From Alkalispirochaeta sp. (GTDB lineage: Bacteria > Spirochaetota > Spirochaetia > DSM-27196 > Alkalispirochaetaceae), in contig CBDESZ010000031.1 of assembly GCA_965242725.1 (NCBI GenBank), positions 88,721 to 152,720 on the forward strand: 64,000 nt of DNA. The letters run 5' to 3'. A program made the position numbers and the translations under genes. The notes beneath the pieces were generated by a model. It ran no database searches, was not told the DNA's origin, and was given only the letters and a program-made list of their open reading frames with translations. Below are positions 47,893 through 58,010 of the stretch, in pieces (position 1 is the first letter of the stretch; each line of letters starts with the position of its first letter).

Positions 47893-50800
47893 ATGACCAA
47901 AATCGGCGAAATCGAACGGCGGACGCAGAACAGAGTGGTTTCTTTTCTTGAAACTCTTCCCGGCTACTCGTACCTGGGAAACTGGCAGGACGCGCCCCGA
48001 TCCACCAACGTTGAGGTGAAAATTCTCACCGACTGGCTCCGCTCCCGGGGACACGACGGTGAGGTGGTCCGAAAGGCGATTCGGCAGCTCTCCAGAACCG
48101 CAGCCCTCGGTGGCGCACGGACACTTCCTGAGGTGAATCGTGCCGTCTACGATCTCCTGCGTTACGGGGTGAAGGTAATCCCCCATGCCGGTGCACAGAC
48201 GGTGACGGTACCGCTTGTGGATTGGGCCAATCCGCAAGCCAACCGGTTCGGCATAGCGGAAGAGGTGACCGTGACCGGGAAGGCGACCAAGCGTCCTGAC
48301 ATCGTCATCTACCTCAACGGAATTGCCGTCGCAGTGATGGAACTCAAGCGCGCATCGGTCTCGGTGACCGAGGGGATTCGCCAGTCCCTGAGCAACCAGA
48401 CGTCCGATTTCATCGAACCGTTCTTTACCACCGTCCAAATGGTGCTCGCCGGGAACGAAACGGAAGGGGTGCGCTACGGCGTCATCGGTACTCCCGAGAA
48501 GTACTGGCTCCGGTGGACCGAAGAGCGACCAGACGGGGAAGGAATGGTGTATCCGGAGAGCATTCTTCTCGATGAGCTGTATTCACTGCTCAGGCCGGAG
48601 CGCCTATTGGCAATGATTCACGACTTTACGGTCTTTGACTCAGGGGTCCGCAAGATCTGTCGCCACAATCAGTACTTTGGTGTCCAGGCGGCACGGGAGT
48701 TTGCACGGCGACGGGAGGGTGGGGTGATCTGGCACACCCAGGGGAGCGGAAAGAGCCTTACCATGGTATGGCTGGCACGGTGGATCCGGGAGAATATCGA
48801 CGGCGGCCGGGTACTCATCATCACCGACCGCAGCGAGCTGGACGAACAAATGGAGACGACCTTCATCGGTGTACGTGAAGTCATCCATCGCGCTACGAGC
48901 GGAAGTGACCTCATTTCGGTTCTTGGGAACAGCAAGGAGTGGCTCGTCGGGAGCCTGATTCACAAGTTCGGCCGTGCAGATGGAGCCGATTCCGACGGCG
49001 TAGACGACTATCTTGCCGAACTCACCCGGAGCGTCCCGGCGGACTTTGCCGTCAAGGGCGACCTCTTTGTTTTTGTAGACGAGTGCCACCGCACACAGTC
49101 GGGTAAGCTCCACGAAGCAATGAAGAAGATCATGCCCGACGTGACGATCTTCGGATTTACCGGAACGCCCCTGCTCAAGAGTGACAAGCGTCGCACCATA
49201 GAGACGTTCGGCCCCTACATCCACTCCTACAAGTACGACCAAGCGGTACGGGATGGAGTCGTCCTGGATCTCCGATATGAAGCGCGGGACATAGACCAGC
49301 GCATCACCAACCAGGCTTCCGTGGACCGCTGGTTTGAGGCGAAGACGGCTGGTCTTACCGATATAGCAAAGGCGCAAATCAAGCGGCGCTGGGGCACGAT
49401 GCAGAGCGTCCTGAGCTCCAGAGAACGATTGGAAAAGATTGTCGCCGATATCCTCCTTGATATGGCTACCAGAGACCGATTACGAAATGACCGGGGGAAT
49501 GCACTCCTCGTTTCGGACAGCATTTACTCGGCGTGCCGTTTTTACGAGATGTTTCAACAGACCGAACTGGCGGGGAAATGTGCGATCGTCACTTCCTACA
49601 AACCGAGCCCGCACGACATCGCCGGAGAAACCACCGGCGAGGGAGTGACGGAAAAGTTGAACCAGTACCGAATCTATCGACAAATGCTCGCCCGCCACTT
49701 CCGCGAGGGTGAAGATGCCGCGATGAAGAAGGTTGATACCTTTGAGACGGAGGTGAAGCGCCGCTTTGTGAAGGAGCCTGCGCTAATGAAACTCCTCATT
49801 GTCGTGGATAAGCTTCTCACCGGATTTGACGCTCCTCCAGCCACCTACCTGTACATCGATAAACAAATGCAAGACCACGGACTCTTTCAGGCGATCTGCC
49901 GTGTGAATCGGCTTGACGGAGAGGACAAGGAATATGGCTATATCGTCGACTACAAAGACCTCTTCCGCTCCCTGGAACGTTCCATCAAAGACTATACCGG
50001 CGGCGCATTTGACGCCTATGATGCTGCAGACGTGAACGGTCTTCTCAAGGACCGCCTCACCGCGGGACGCCGGAAGCTCGAAGACGCCCGGGAGGCGCTC
50101 CGGGCTCTCTGTGAACCGGTGGAACCGCCCCGGGATCTCGCCGCATACCGACGCTACTTCATTTCCGAGATGTCCGGTGACCATGGAACGATAGCCGGCA
50201 ACGAACCGAAGCGCCTCACCCTCTACCGTCTCGTGTCGACGCTGGTGCGTGCATTCGCGGATTTGGCCAACGAAATGGCCGCCGCCGGGTATACCCCGGA
50301 CGACGCAGAGGCGATCCGTGTGGAAATTGCCGACTATGAACAGCTGCGAAAGGAGATAAAAATCGCCAGCGGCGATTATGTGGACATGAAAGTCTACGAG
50401 CCGGCGATGCGACATCTCCTGGATGCATATATCCGTGCCGAAGACTCCAAAGTACTCTCCACCCTCGACGACTTGCCTCTGATCGAGCTGGTGATTGAAC
50501 GGGGCGCGGGAAGCCTGGAAGCGCTGCAGGACGACCTGGGAGGTAATGAAGAGGCGATGGCCGAGACGATAGAGAATAACGTCCGCCGCCTCATCATCGA
50601 CGAGATGGAAGTGAACCCGAAGTACTACGAGCAGATGTCACATCTGTTGGATGCTCTCATTACGCGGCGCCGTCAGAATGCGATCTCCTATCGGGAGTAC
50701 CTGGAAGAAATTGTCGAGTTGACCCGAAAGGCGGCACAGGCGGGCGTCGACGGAACAATCCACGACGGGACGAATGGCCTCCCGCGTACCGCAGCTGAAC

Positions 50801-51057
50801 AGGCGCTTTATGACAATATTCCCGCAATTATGGGCGATACCGTGGCTGACGATTCTACCACAACGGCGTATCTCGCCGGGCGGATCCACAGGTCCGTCGC
50901 CGCGGGACATAAGGCGGACTGGCGCGGCAATACGATGAAGGAGCGCCATGTGCGCAGACTGATTGAAGCTGCAATCGTGGAGGAAACCGGTACCTCCGCC
51001 GATCCTGAGGTGATCGAGAATATCTTTCGAATCGTCAGGAATCAACGTGCCTACTGA
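47893..51057 (+). CDS. hsdR: Type I restriction endonuclease subunit R
   Basis: RPDIVIYLNG...ELK, HTQGSGKS, DECH, FTGTP, LLTGFD, QAICRVNR. Confidence 0.96.
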   Translation: MTKIGEIERRTQNRVVSFLETLPGYSYLGNWQDAPRSTNVEVKILTDWLRSRGHDGEVVRKAIRQLSRTAALGGARTLPEVNRAVYDLLRYGVKVIPHAGAQTVTVPLVDWANPQANRFGIAEEVTVTGKATKRPDIVIYLNGIAVAVMELKRASVSVTEGIRQSLSNQTSDFIEPFFTTVQMVLAGNETEGVRYGVIGTPEKYWLRWTEERPDGEGMVYPESILLDELYSLLRPERLLAMIHDFTVFDSGVRKICRHNQYFGVQAAREFARRREGGVIWHTQGSGKSLTMVWLARWIRENIDGGRVLIITDRSELDEQMETTFIGVREVIHRATSGSDLISVLGNSKEWLVGSLIHKFGRADGADSDGVDDYLAELTRSVPADFAVKGDLFVFVDECHRTQSGKLHEAMKKIMPDVTIFGFTGTPLLKSDKRRTIETFGPYIHSYKYDQAVRDGVVLDLRYEARDIDQRITNQASVDRWFEAKTAGLTDIAKAQIKRRWGTMQSVLSSRERLEKIVADILLDMATRDRLRNDRGNALLVSDSIYSACRFYEMFQQTELAGKCAIVTSYKPSPHDIAGETTGEGVTEKLNQYRIYRQMLARHFREGEDAAMKKVDTFETEVKRRFVKEPALMKLLIVVDKLLTGFDAPPATYLYIDKQMQDHGLFQAICRVNRLDGEDKEYGYIVDYKDLFRSLERSIKDYTGGAFDAYDAADVNGLLKDRLTAGRRKLEDAREALRALCEPVEPPRDLAAYRRYFISEMSGDHGTIAGNEPKRLTLYRLVSTLVRAFADLANEMAAAGYTPDDAEAIRVEIADYEQLRKEIKIASGDYVDMKVYEPAMRHLLDAYIRAEDSKVLSTLDDLPLIELVIERGAGSLEALQDDLGGNEEAMAETIENNVRRLIIDEMEVNPKYYEQMSHLLDALITRRRQNAISYREYLEEIVELTRKAAQAGVDGTIHDGTNGLPRTAAEQALYDNIPAIMGDTVADDSTTTAYLAGRIHRSVAAGHKADWRGNTMKERHVRRLIEAAIVEETGTSADPEVIENIFRIVRNQRAY

Positions 51058-51790
51058 ATCGAGTTATTACACGCTCATTATTTCCGACATTCCGGTGGTC
51101 GTTCGCCACAGGGAGATAAAGAATCTCCACGTCGGTGTATATCCCCCAGATGGTCGAGTCCGTGTTTCAGCCCCCCTTCACCTCGACGCAGACGCGGTCC
51201 GTCTTGCCCTCGTTTCCCGGGTTTCCTGGATTCGCCGTCGTCGCGAAGAGTTTTTGTCGCAGGAACGACAAACGGCCCGAGAGTACATATCCGGTGAGAG
51301 TCACTATTTTATGGGAAAGCGATATCGCCTCGACGTAGTTATGAAAGAATCATCCTACCGGTCCATATCGGTTGCCGTCCGGGGCAACGACGTCATTAAA
51401 CTCTACGTACCCGCCAACACCGACCGTGCTACACGTGAACGAGCAATGGCACGATGGTACCGCGGTCAACTCAAAGACCTCGTGCCACCGTTACGTGAGC
51501 GTTGGGAACGGGAAATCGGCGTGGCTGCCGATGAGGTGCGTATCAAAAAGATGAAGACAAAATGGGGTAGTTGTAACATCGACGCGAGACGCATCTGGCT
51601 CAACCTTGAACTTGTAAAAAAGCCATACCGATGCATTGAGTATATTCTCGTACACGAACTGGTCCATCTATTGGAGCGCCGTCACAACGACCGCTTCCGG
51701 TCGCTCATAAATATGCATCTCCCGGACTGGCGTCTGCGACGGGAGGAACTGAACAGCGCCCCCCTCGCCCATGAGAAGTGGGATTATTAG
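51047..51790 (+). CDS. M48/YgjP-like (SprT/DUF45) metal-dependent hydrolase
   Basis: MKTKWGSC, HELVHL...H zincin motif; common downstream of hsdR. Confidence 0.9.
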   Translation: MPTESSYYTLIISDIPVVVRHREIKNLHVGVYPPDGRVRVSAPLHLDADAVRLALVSRVSWIRRRREEFLSQERQTAREYISGESHYFMGKRYRLDVVMKESSYRSISVAVRGNDVIKLYVPANTDRATRERAMARWYRGQLKDLVPPLRERWEREIGVAADEVRIKKMKTKWGSCNIDARRIWLNLELVKKPYRCIEYILVHELVHLLERRHNDRFRSLINMHLPDWRLRREELNSAPLAHEKWDY

Positions 51791-51802
51791 ATCCACCCGA
51801 GC

Positions 51803-51840
51803 AAAAAAAGACCGTGAGTGAATATACCCACGGTCAGTTT
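51803..51840 (-). terminator. Terminator hairpin downstream of the tRNA
   Basis: A-run followed by GACCGTG...CACGGTC stem. Confidence 0.65.
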
Positions 51841-51848
51841 CATTTATT

Positions 51849-51922
51849 TCGGGCTGGGCGGATTTGAACCGCCGACCCCTTGTCCCCCAGACAAGTACGC
51901 TAAACCCCTGCGCTACAGCCCG
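51849..51922 (-). tRNA. tRNA-Pro (GGG), CCA not encoded
   Basis: Reverse complement CGGGCTGTAGCGCAG...CTTGT-CTGGGGG-ACAAG...GGTTCAAATCC GCCCAGCCCGA folds as a cloverleaf. Confidence 0.96.
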
Positions 51923-52005
51923 TTTTTGTTGAGAAAAAAACCTACCACGAGGGGCTCACCGGTGTCAATGTTGCGACGACAGAAAGGAGGCGATACAGTT
52001 ATCCG

Positions 52006-52854
52006 ATGAAGCGGACAGAGGTGGAGCCGGCTGCGCTGCAACGGCAAATTCGCGAGCGGGAAAAAGAGCTGGATGGTCTGTATCGGCTTGCGACACTTTT
52101 CTCTCAATCCGAATACGACGCGCACACCCTTCTCCGGGATACCGCCGAAGTTCTGCGGCGTTCGATGGAATGGCCTGAGGAGGTATCGGTCGCCCTGTCG
52201 GCGGAGGACGTGATGGTTTCCATCGGGCAAACGGGAGAAGTGCGTGATTCGTACCGCGTGGTTCATCCGTATGGGGAGGACGGGCGTGTGGAGATCGACG
52301 TATCGATATGCGGCGAGAGGGCGATTACGGTCTCGCCCCGGGAGCGGGCGTTTATCGATTCCACCGCGTCCCTTCTGGCTGATGTCCTCCTCCGCCTTGA
52401 AACGAGGGAGGCGTTGCGATCCGGAACGGCCGAACTGGAGAGGAAAAACATCGCCCTCAGGGAAATTCTTCATCAGATTGAATTGGAGAAGCGGTCGGCG
52501 ATGGAGAATGTGAAGGGGTATGTGGAGATGTTTGTCCTGCCCCATCTCCGCGATCTTGTCCGCGGCGGAACGCTCCGGCGGGAGGAGCTATTGCGGGTCA
52601 CCCAGGCAGAAAACGCCCTGAAAGGGCTCATCGCCGCCGATCCGGAGCATGTTGTCTCGTCGCTCCGGAAGCTCACGCCCCGGGAGGTTGAGATAGCCGG
52701 CCTCGTGCGCAACGGCATGACCACCAAAGAGATCGGCGAGTATTTCCATATTGCGGCTACCACCGTTGAACGGCACCGCAATAACATCAGAAAGAAACTT
52801 GGTCTGGCCGGCGGTGACATGCACCTGGCGGTCTATTTGCGTTCCCTCCATTGA
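52006..52854 (+). CDS. LuxR-type HTH transcriptional regulator
   Basis: LTPREVEIAGLVRNGMTTKEIG...TVERHRNNIRKKLG; N-terminal EREKEL coiled/GAF-like part. Confidence 0.9.
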   Translation: MKRTEVEPAALQRQIREREKELDGLYRLATLFSQSEYDAHTLLRDTAEVLRRSMEWPEEVSVALSAEDVMVSIGQTGEVRDSYRVVHPYGEDGRVEIDVSICGERAITVSPRERAFIDSTASLLADVLLRLETREALRSGTAELERKNIALREILHQIELEKRSAMENVKGYVEMFVLPHLRDLVRGGTLRREELLRVTQAENALKGLIAADPEHVVSSLRKLTPREVEIAGLVRNGMTTKEIGEYFHIAATTVERHRNNIRKKLGLAGGDMHLAVYLRSLH

Positions 52855-52955
52855 CCACGACATGTACATACCATGTAGAAATTCTGCACGTTTAATCGGG
52901 ATTGTTCCCTCACGACGCCGTCCCTATGATGGTCCGATCATTGCAGGGGGAAGCT

Positions 52956-53417
52956 ATGTCGGCAAAACGAATCATCTTGACTCAGGAAGACCACCAGCGG
53001 CTGGGCGGTATTGTCGCGGCTCATAAACGGAACCATCGCGTGCAGATTCCCCAGTTTCGACGATTTGTCCGGGAACTGGAGCGCGCCATCGTCCTGGAGC
53101 CCGGCGAGTTTCCCGACGATATTGTCACCCTTTTCACCCGGGTAGGATATTCACTGGAGAACTCCGATGAGGAACGTCATGTGACCCTTGTTTTTCCCGC
53201 CCAGACGGGGGAAAATAAGGAGAATATTTCTATTCTTTCGCCGTTAGGGTTGGCCTTGATCGGCGAGCGAAAGGGAGCGGAGCTGGAATACCTTGCCCCC
53301 GGCGGCTCGTTCCGCCTGACGGTAAGATCAGTGGAACACCTCCATGCGGAAACAGGCGTACGACAGGTCGGAAGAGGAGCTTTTATCACGGATACGACCG
53401 GTTATTTACGCCGGTGA
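52956..53417 (+). CDS. GreA/GreB family elongation factor (Rnk-like)
   Basis: ELERAIV, DIVTL, TLVFP, ISILSPLGLALIG. Confidence 0.85.
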   Translation: MSAKRIILTQEDHQRLGGIVAAHKRNHRVQIPQFRRFVRELERAIVLEPGEFPDDIVTLFTRVGYSLENSDEERHVTLVFPAQTGENKENISILSPLGLALIGERKGAELEYLAPGGSFRLTVRSVEHLHAETGVRQVGRGAFITDTTGYLRR

Positions 53418-54327
53418 AGATGGTGACCTGTCTTCCACATTTCACGTCATGGAGGAGAATATCCGCCACCTTTCCGACGCCTTCTACGGGTATCCGTCCA
53501 TCCTTGATCCCCGGGGAAGCGGGGAGGAACGCCAGTCGGTACAGACACTGGTGGAGACGCTCTTTCACGGCGGGATCGATCACACGGTCCTGTTGCCCAC
53601 CAAGGTGGTTGTAGGCCGGAGCTTCATGATAGCAAAGTTCAACCTCTTTGGATTTCTCCGGAAGCTCTGTGACCGGTGGGACCGGTGCGACGACATTCGC
53701 GACGCGCTGCAGCGCCACTGGGAGCGGATCATCTTTTCACTGCTCCTGGAGGATGTCTATCAGGTGATTATTGAGCGCGTCGACTACGATGAAGGAATAC
53801 GCCGTCGCGCGGCGATCGACCTGATCAACCTCTGGGAACACCGTTTTGAAGGGAAGGTGACGGAGTACGCACCGACGCTCGTTGACTTGTGGTCGGTGCG
53901 GCGGCGGATCACGCCCGTCTTTGGAACGATGATGGGTACGATGGAGCTTATGCGCCTCTCCAGCGTCCTGCCCGACCGGTGGCACCGCTTCATGGCGCGC
54001 CACGTGGAAGATGAAGAGGTGGTTTACGCCCTGGAGGAGTTTCTCTTCGGTCTTGCCTACGAGGATCTTCTCACCGTCCGGGAGGAGATGAGCAGGCGCC
54101 GCGTCTCGGTGATCGACAGGGCGGAGCTTGCCCGGATTCCCGGGATCGACATGATCGGCGATGAGGTGACCAACGTGGACCCCCGGGAAATGTACCGCTT
54201 TTACCAGGACCGTACGGCCCGGGCGGGGAGACGCCGTATTTCGGGAAAGGCCGGTCCGACGCGGACACTTGAGGAGTTGCTCCTGATACATATGCTCCGG
54301 GAGCAGATGGAGGATGCCTCTCAGTGA
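53344..54327 (+). CDS. Hypothetical protein
   Basis: 327-aa ORF in the operon orientation; no motif recognised. Confidence 0.75.
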   Translation: MRKQAYDRSEEELLSRIRPVIYAGEDGDLSSTFHVMEENIRHLSDAFYGYPSILDPRGSGEERQSVQTLVETLFHGGIDHTVLLPTKVVVGRSFMIAKFNLFGFLRKLCDRWDRCDDIRDALQRHWERIIFSLLLEDVYQVIIERVDYDEGIRRRAAIDLINLWEHRFEGKVTEYAPTLVDLWSVRRRITPVFGTMMGTMELMRLSSVLPDRWHRFMARHVEDEEVVYALEEFLFGLAYEDLLTVREEMSRRRVSVIDRAELARIPGIDMIGDEVTNVDPREMYRFYQDRTARAGRRRISGKAGPTRTLEELLLIHMLREQMEDASQ

Positions 54328-54462
54328 CCGGAGAGGGCCGTACCGGCCGGGCAGGGCGCGTGGGCCCATCTCGCGGGAAGACGCACGGTGCGACACCTGG
54401 TGTTCGATATGGAGAATAAATTTTTTCTTGCCAACCCGTAGCGGGTGGCGTAGTTTGGTATC

Positions 54463-55467
54463 ATGGCAGTTGATATTTCGACGACATATATGGGGCTGGA
54501 GTTGCCGTCGCCGGTGATTGCGGGAAGCTGCGGTGTTACCGGAAAGCGGGAGAACCTGCAGGCGCTGGAAGCGGCGGGGGCGGGAGCGGTGGTGCTGAAG
54601 TCGCTCTTTGAGGAGGAGATCCTCGCCGAGGTCGCCCGTACGGAGCAGGTGATGCAGCGACCGGGGCCCGTTTTTCCGGAAACCGCTGATATGGATGATC
54701 TCATTGACGATGACAGCGGAATGTCGTCCTATCTTCAGCTCATCTCCGATGCGCGAAAATCACTCTCCATTCCGGTTATCGCCTCCATCAATTGCTTTTC
54801 TTCCCGGGCGTGGCCGTCCTACGCCGCAATGCTTGAGGAAGCGGGAGCCCATGGGCTGGAGCTGAACGTCTTTCTCATGCCCACCGATATCTCCGCCAAT
54901 GATGTGAACGCATTTGAGGCAACCTATCTGGAAATCGTTGATGCCGTGCGAAGTCACATCCAGATTCCCGTTGCACTGAAGGTGAGCTCTCATTTCACCC
55001 TCCTTGGGTTGACTCTCAGGCGGTTTTCCGAGGCCGGTATCGCGGGGCTCGTTCTCTTTAACCGTTTTTTTCACCCCGATTACGATCTGGAGACGCTCTC
55101 GGTTGTTCCCACAAACGTGCTGAGTACCCCCGATTTGCTTCACCTCTCCCTGCGGTGGGTCGCCCTGATGTCCGGCCGTGTTGCCTGTGACATCGCCGCG
55201 TCCACCGGCGTTCACGACGGCGACGCCGTCATTAAACAGCTCCTTGCCGGAGCACAGGCGGTGCAGGTGGCGTCGGCGTTGTACCGCCAGGGCAGCGATG
55301 CCATTACGGCAATGAACACCCGGCTGCGGTCCTGGATGGAAGAACGGGGATATGAAGATCTGGAGGCGTTCAGGGGACGCATGGCGGCCATCCGTATGGA
55401 AGATCCTGCGGTGTACGATCGCGTGCAGTTTGTCCGGAACTACCGGGGTATGCGCTCGGACGTGTGA
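54463..55467 (+). CDS. Dihydroorotate dehydrogenase-like flavoprotein
   Basis: GAGAVVLKSLFEEE, ASINC, LELN, PVALK, LFNRF, ASTGVHD, LLAGAQAVQVAS. Confidence 0.9.
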   Translation: MAVDISTTYMGLELPSPVIAGSCGVTGKRENLQALEAAGAGAVVLKSLFEEEILAEVARTEQVMQRPGPVFPETADMDDLIDDDSGMSSYLQLISDARKSLSIPVIASINCFSSRAWPSYAAMLEEAGAHGLELNVFLMPTDISANDVNAFEATYLEIVDAVRSHIQIPVALKVSSHFTLLGLTLRRFSEAGIAGLVLFNRFFHPDYDLETLSVVPTNVLSTPDLLHLSLRWVALMSGRVACDIAASTGVHDGDAVIKQLLAGAQAVQVASALYRQGSDAITAMNTRLRSWMEERGYEDLEAFRGRMAAIRMEDPAVYDRVQFVRNYRGMRSDV

Positions 55468-55544
55468 AATGGAGCGTGTGGTGCCGGGGTATGGTGCGGG
55501 GTACCGGGAGTATGGTGCCGGGGCACGAGGCGCGGAACCGCCGG

Positions 55545-56111
55545 TCACGCTTCGATCGCCGGATATCCCCGGAAGGAGCGCCACTCCCGCTGGAGGAGGG
55601 ACATCACCATGAGGTCGAGATAGATCCCTTCCCGGTAGACGTCCTCCCTGAGGATTCCGTCCTCATGAAAGCCCAGTGTGCGATACAGGCTGACGGCGGG
55701 ATCGTTGCGTACAAAAACCTGGAGCCAGATTTTATGCAGGTTGAGGCGGAAAAATCCGAAGTCAAGGAGAAGCTCCATCGCCTCCCGGCCGTATCCTTTG
55801 CCGCGGTTGGCAGGGTCGGGAATGACGATGGCGAGGCACGCCTGACGGCTTGAATCCGATGAGGTCCTGAGGTCCGCCTGGCCGATATACGCCTCCGTCC
55901 CCCGATCGGCGATGATCATGTAGTGGCCGGGCATCTTGCCTTTCACGACGTTGTCGAAGAACTCCCGTGTCATTGCCTCGCTCTGGACGCGATCAAAGAT
56001 GGGACTCATGTTTGCAGTCTCGTCGGGGTTGTTGATCCATCCCCGGAGGGAGGGAAAATCCTCTTCCCGGTACTCCCTGAGGAACAGTCGCTTTCCATAA
56101 ATATGGGGCAT
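55545..56111 (-). CDS. GNAT N-acetyltransferase (RimJ/RimL, SpeG-like)
   Basis: RGKGYGREA, LNLHKIWL, AVSLYRTLGF..DGILR. Confidence 0.9.
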   Translation of the reverse strand: MPHIYGKRLFLREYREEDFPSLRGWINNPDETANMSPIFDRVQSEAMTREFFDNVVKGKMPGHYMIIADRGTEAYIGQADLRTSSDSSRQACLAIVIPDPANRGKGYGREAMELLLDFGFFRLNLHKIWLQVFVRNDPAVSLYRTLGFHEDGILREDVYREGIYLDLMVMSLLQREWRSFRGYPAIEA

Positions 56112-56173
56112 ACAGACAGTATGCCCCCGCCGGCAAGGGGCGTCAATTATCGGTGCAGGGCGGTGGTGTACCT

Positions 56174-56611
56174 TTACGCTCCGGTACGACGGACCTCTCC
56201 GCTTGCAACGAGGCGGACTCCCAGGTCGCGCCAGTTTTCGACGATTACGTCTCCCACGTGAACGGGCGCCTCCACCTCTATCTTCCGGGAGTCCCGGGCA
56301 AGCTCGAGAAGCAGCTCCCTTGGCATCGGCTCAGGTGTCCAGACCGGTACGAGCGGGCGCTCGCCGGAACGGACGCGTACCGTTGTGGGCAGTACCCGTC
56401 GCGGGTCACGGATTTCCTGTTCCACGTATTCCCGTCCCAGTTTGCAGCGATTTCCGTCGATTTCGAGTATCTCATCGTTGGCGCCGAGGAGGGTCCGAAC
56501 TTCGCACCCCTGGGGGCAGCGAAGACAGATGTCCCTTCGCCTGCGGTAGTTTCCCTCACGTGTTTCCATGGGTCTGGTGTTTTCCGTATTGTCCCGCTTT
56601 GTCTCCGCCAT
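56174..56611 (-). CDS. DUF1667-type small metal-binding protein
   Basis: CLRCPQGC, GNRCKLG, PRRVLPTTV, APVHVGDVI. Confidence 0.85.
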   Translation of the reverse strand: MAETKRDNTENTRPMETREGNYRRRRDICLRCPQGCEVRTLLGANDEILEIDGNRCKLGREYVEQEIRDPRRVLPTTVRVRSGERPLVPVWTPEPMPRELLLELARDSRKIEVEAPVHVGDVIVENWRDLGVRLVASGEVRRTGA

Positions 56612-56642
56612 TTTTCTTCCTCTCTTTTCGGCGCGGATATCT

Positions 56643-58010
56643 CTATGTGATGTCGACGACGAGCTCGTCCGCGGCGCTATCCCGCAGTTTTTCTCCATCA
56701 CGCGCCTTGAGCTCACGGATGATCATTTCCGCCGGTCTGGCGTAGGGTTCCCGGAACGCCATGATGTCCGTGTCCGCCTCCCGGGTATGAAGGTGAACCT
56801 TTACCATCTGTTCCAGGAGTGCCGACGGACGAAGCAGGAGGTGGGTTTTCCTCGGGGATTCCTGTGCGCCCGGCGTGTCCTGCGGCGTGTCCTGCGGCGC
56901 GTCCGGCGGCGCGGTCGTTTTGCCTCCCGGCAGGTCGTCGACGTGGAGATACTGAGGTATGACGACGCCCACATGGTCCCCCGGTACGAGGCGAATCGTC
57001 CGTCCGGTACGCGCGGGATCGGCGTTGTCGGCGTTACCGGCGAAGCGTGCCGCCTCGGAGCCGGCAACCTCACCGGCCTTGCTGACGTAATCAACGAGAT
57101 CGTAAATGGCGGTGACGTTTCCGGCGGCAAAGATGCCTGGTACAGTGGTGGCCATACGGGAGTCGACGACGGGACCGTTGGTAACGGGGTCGAGCTCTAC
57201 CCCCGCCTTGCGGGAGAGCTCGTTTTCAGGAATGAGACCGACCGAGAGGACGAGGGTGTCGCAGGGAATGTACTCGTCGGTTCCCGCAATCTGGTTGAGG
57301 TTTTCATCAACCCTTACCGTCTCGATACCTTCCACCCGCTTTTCACCGAAAATCCGTTTCACGGTGGTACTCAGGTGGAGGGGTATGCTGTAGTCCTGAA
57401 GACACTGTACGTAGTTGCGTCTGAGACCGGTGAGGTAGGGGAGCAGTTCCATGACACGCAACACCTTGGCGCCCTCGATGGTGAGGCGACGCGCCATGAT
57501 CATGCCGATGTCACCGCTGCCGAGAATGACGACGCGGTTGCCCGGCATATATCCCTCGATATTGACGAGGCGCTGAACCGTTCCCGCCGTGTAAATGCCG
57601 GCGGCTCGCGTTCCGGGCAGACGGATCTGTGCGCGGGTACGTTCCCGGCAGCCCATGGCGAGGACGACCGCCCGGGGGCGGAAGTGAAGGTATCCGTCGG
57701 TGCTGTTCATGGCGTAGACGTCCAGTGCTGTGGTGAGGTCCAGCACCATCGTATCCAGGAGGATGTCTATCGGCAGAGTCCGGAGTTCCTGTTCGTACCG
57801 CCATGCGTACTCGGGGCCGGGAAGATCACTGCCGAAGTTGATCGCCCCGAATCCGTTGTGTATGCACTGGGGAAGGATACCTCCGAGGCTGTCGTTTCGT
57901 TCGATTACCAATACCCTGGAGCCGTTGGTACGGTGCGCCTCGATCGCCGCGGACATCCCGGCGGGACCGCCGCCGATGACGATGACGTCGTATTCCGTAT
58001 TGATCTCCAT
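56643..58010 (-). CDS. FAD-dependent pyridine nucleotide-disulfide oxidoreductase
   Basis: GGGPAG, LGGILPQCIHNGFG, AMGCRER, GSGDIG, LSVGLIPENEL, FAAGN. Confidence 0.92.
   Translation of the reverse strand: MEINTEYDVIVIGGGPAGMSAAIEAHRTNGSRVLVIERNDSLGGILPQCIHNGFGAINFGSDLPGPEYAWRYEQELRTLPIDILLDTMVLDLTTALDVYAMNSTDGYLHFRPRAVVLAMGCRERTRAQIRLPGTRAAGIYTAGTVQRLVNIEGYMPGNRVVILGSGDIGMIMARRLTIEGAKVLRVMELLPYLTGLRRNYVQCLQDYSIPLHLSTTVKRIFGEKRVEGIETVRVDENLNQIAGTDEYIPCDTLVLSVGLIPENELSRKAGVELDPVTNGPVVDSRMATTVPGIFAAGNVTAIYDLVDYVSKAGEVAGSEAARFAGNADNADPARTGRTIRLVPGDHVGVVIPQYLHVDDLPGGKTTAPPDAPQDTPQDTPGAQESPRKTHLLLRPSALLEQMVKVHLHTREADTDIMAFREPYARPAEMIIRELKARDGEKLRDSAADELVVDIT

Noticed and set aside
54463..55467. 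Calling this gene pyrD
   Set aside because: It lacks the catalytic SCPN loop (has ELNVFLMP) and has no pyr genes around it; kept as DHOD-like
55475..55530. Imperfect TGGTGC(C)GGGG repeats between convergent genes
   Set aside because: Only three short degenerate units, no regular spacers and no cas genes; not a CRISPR array
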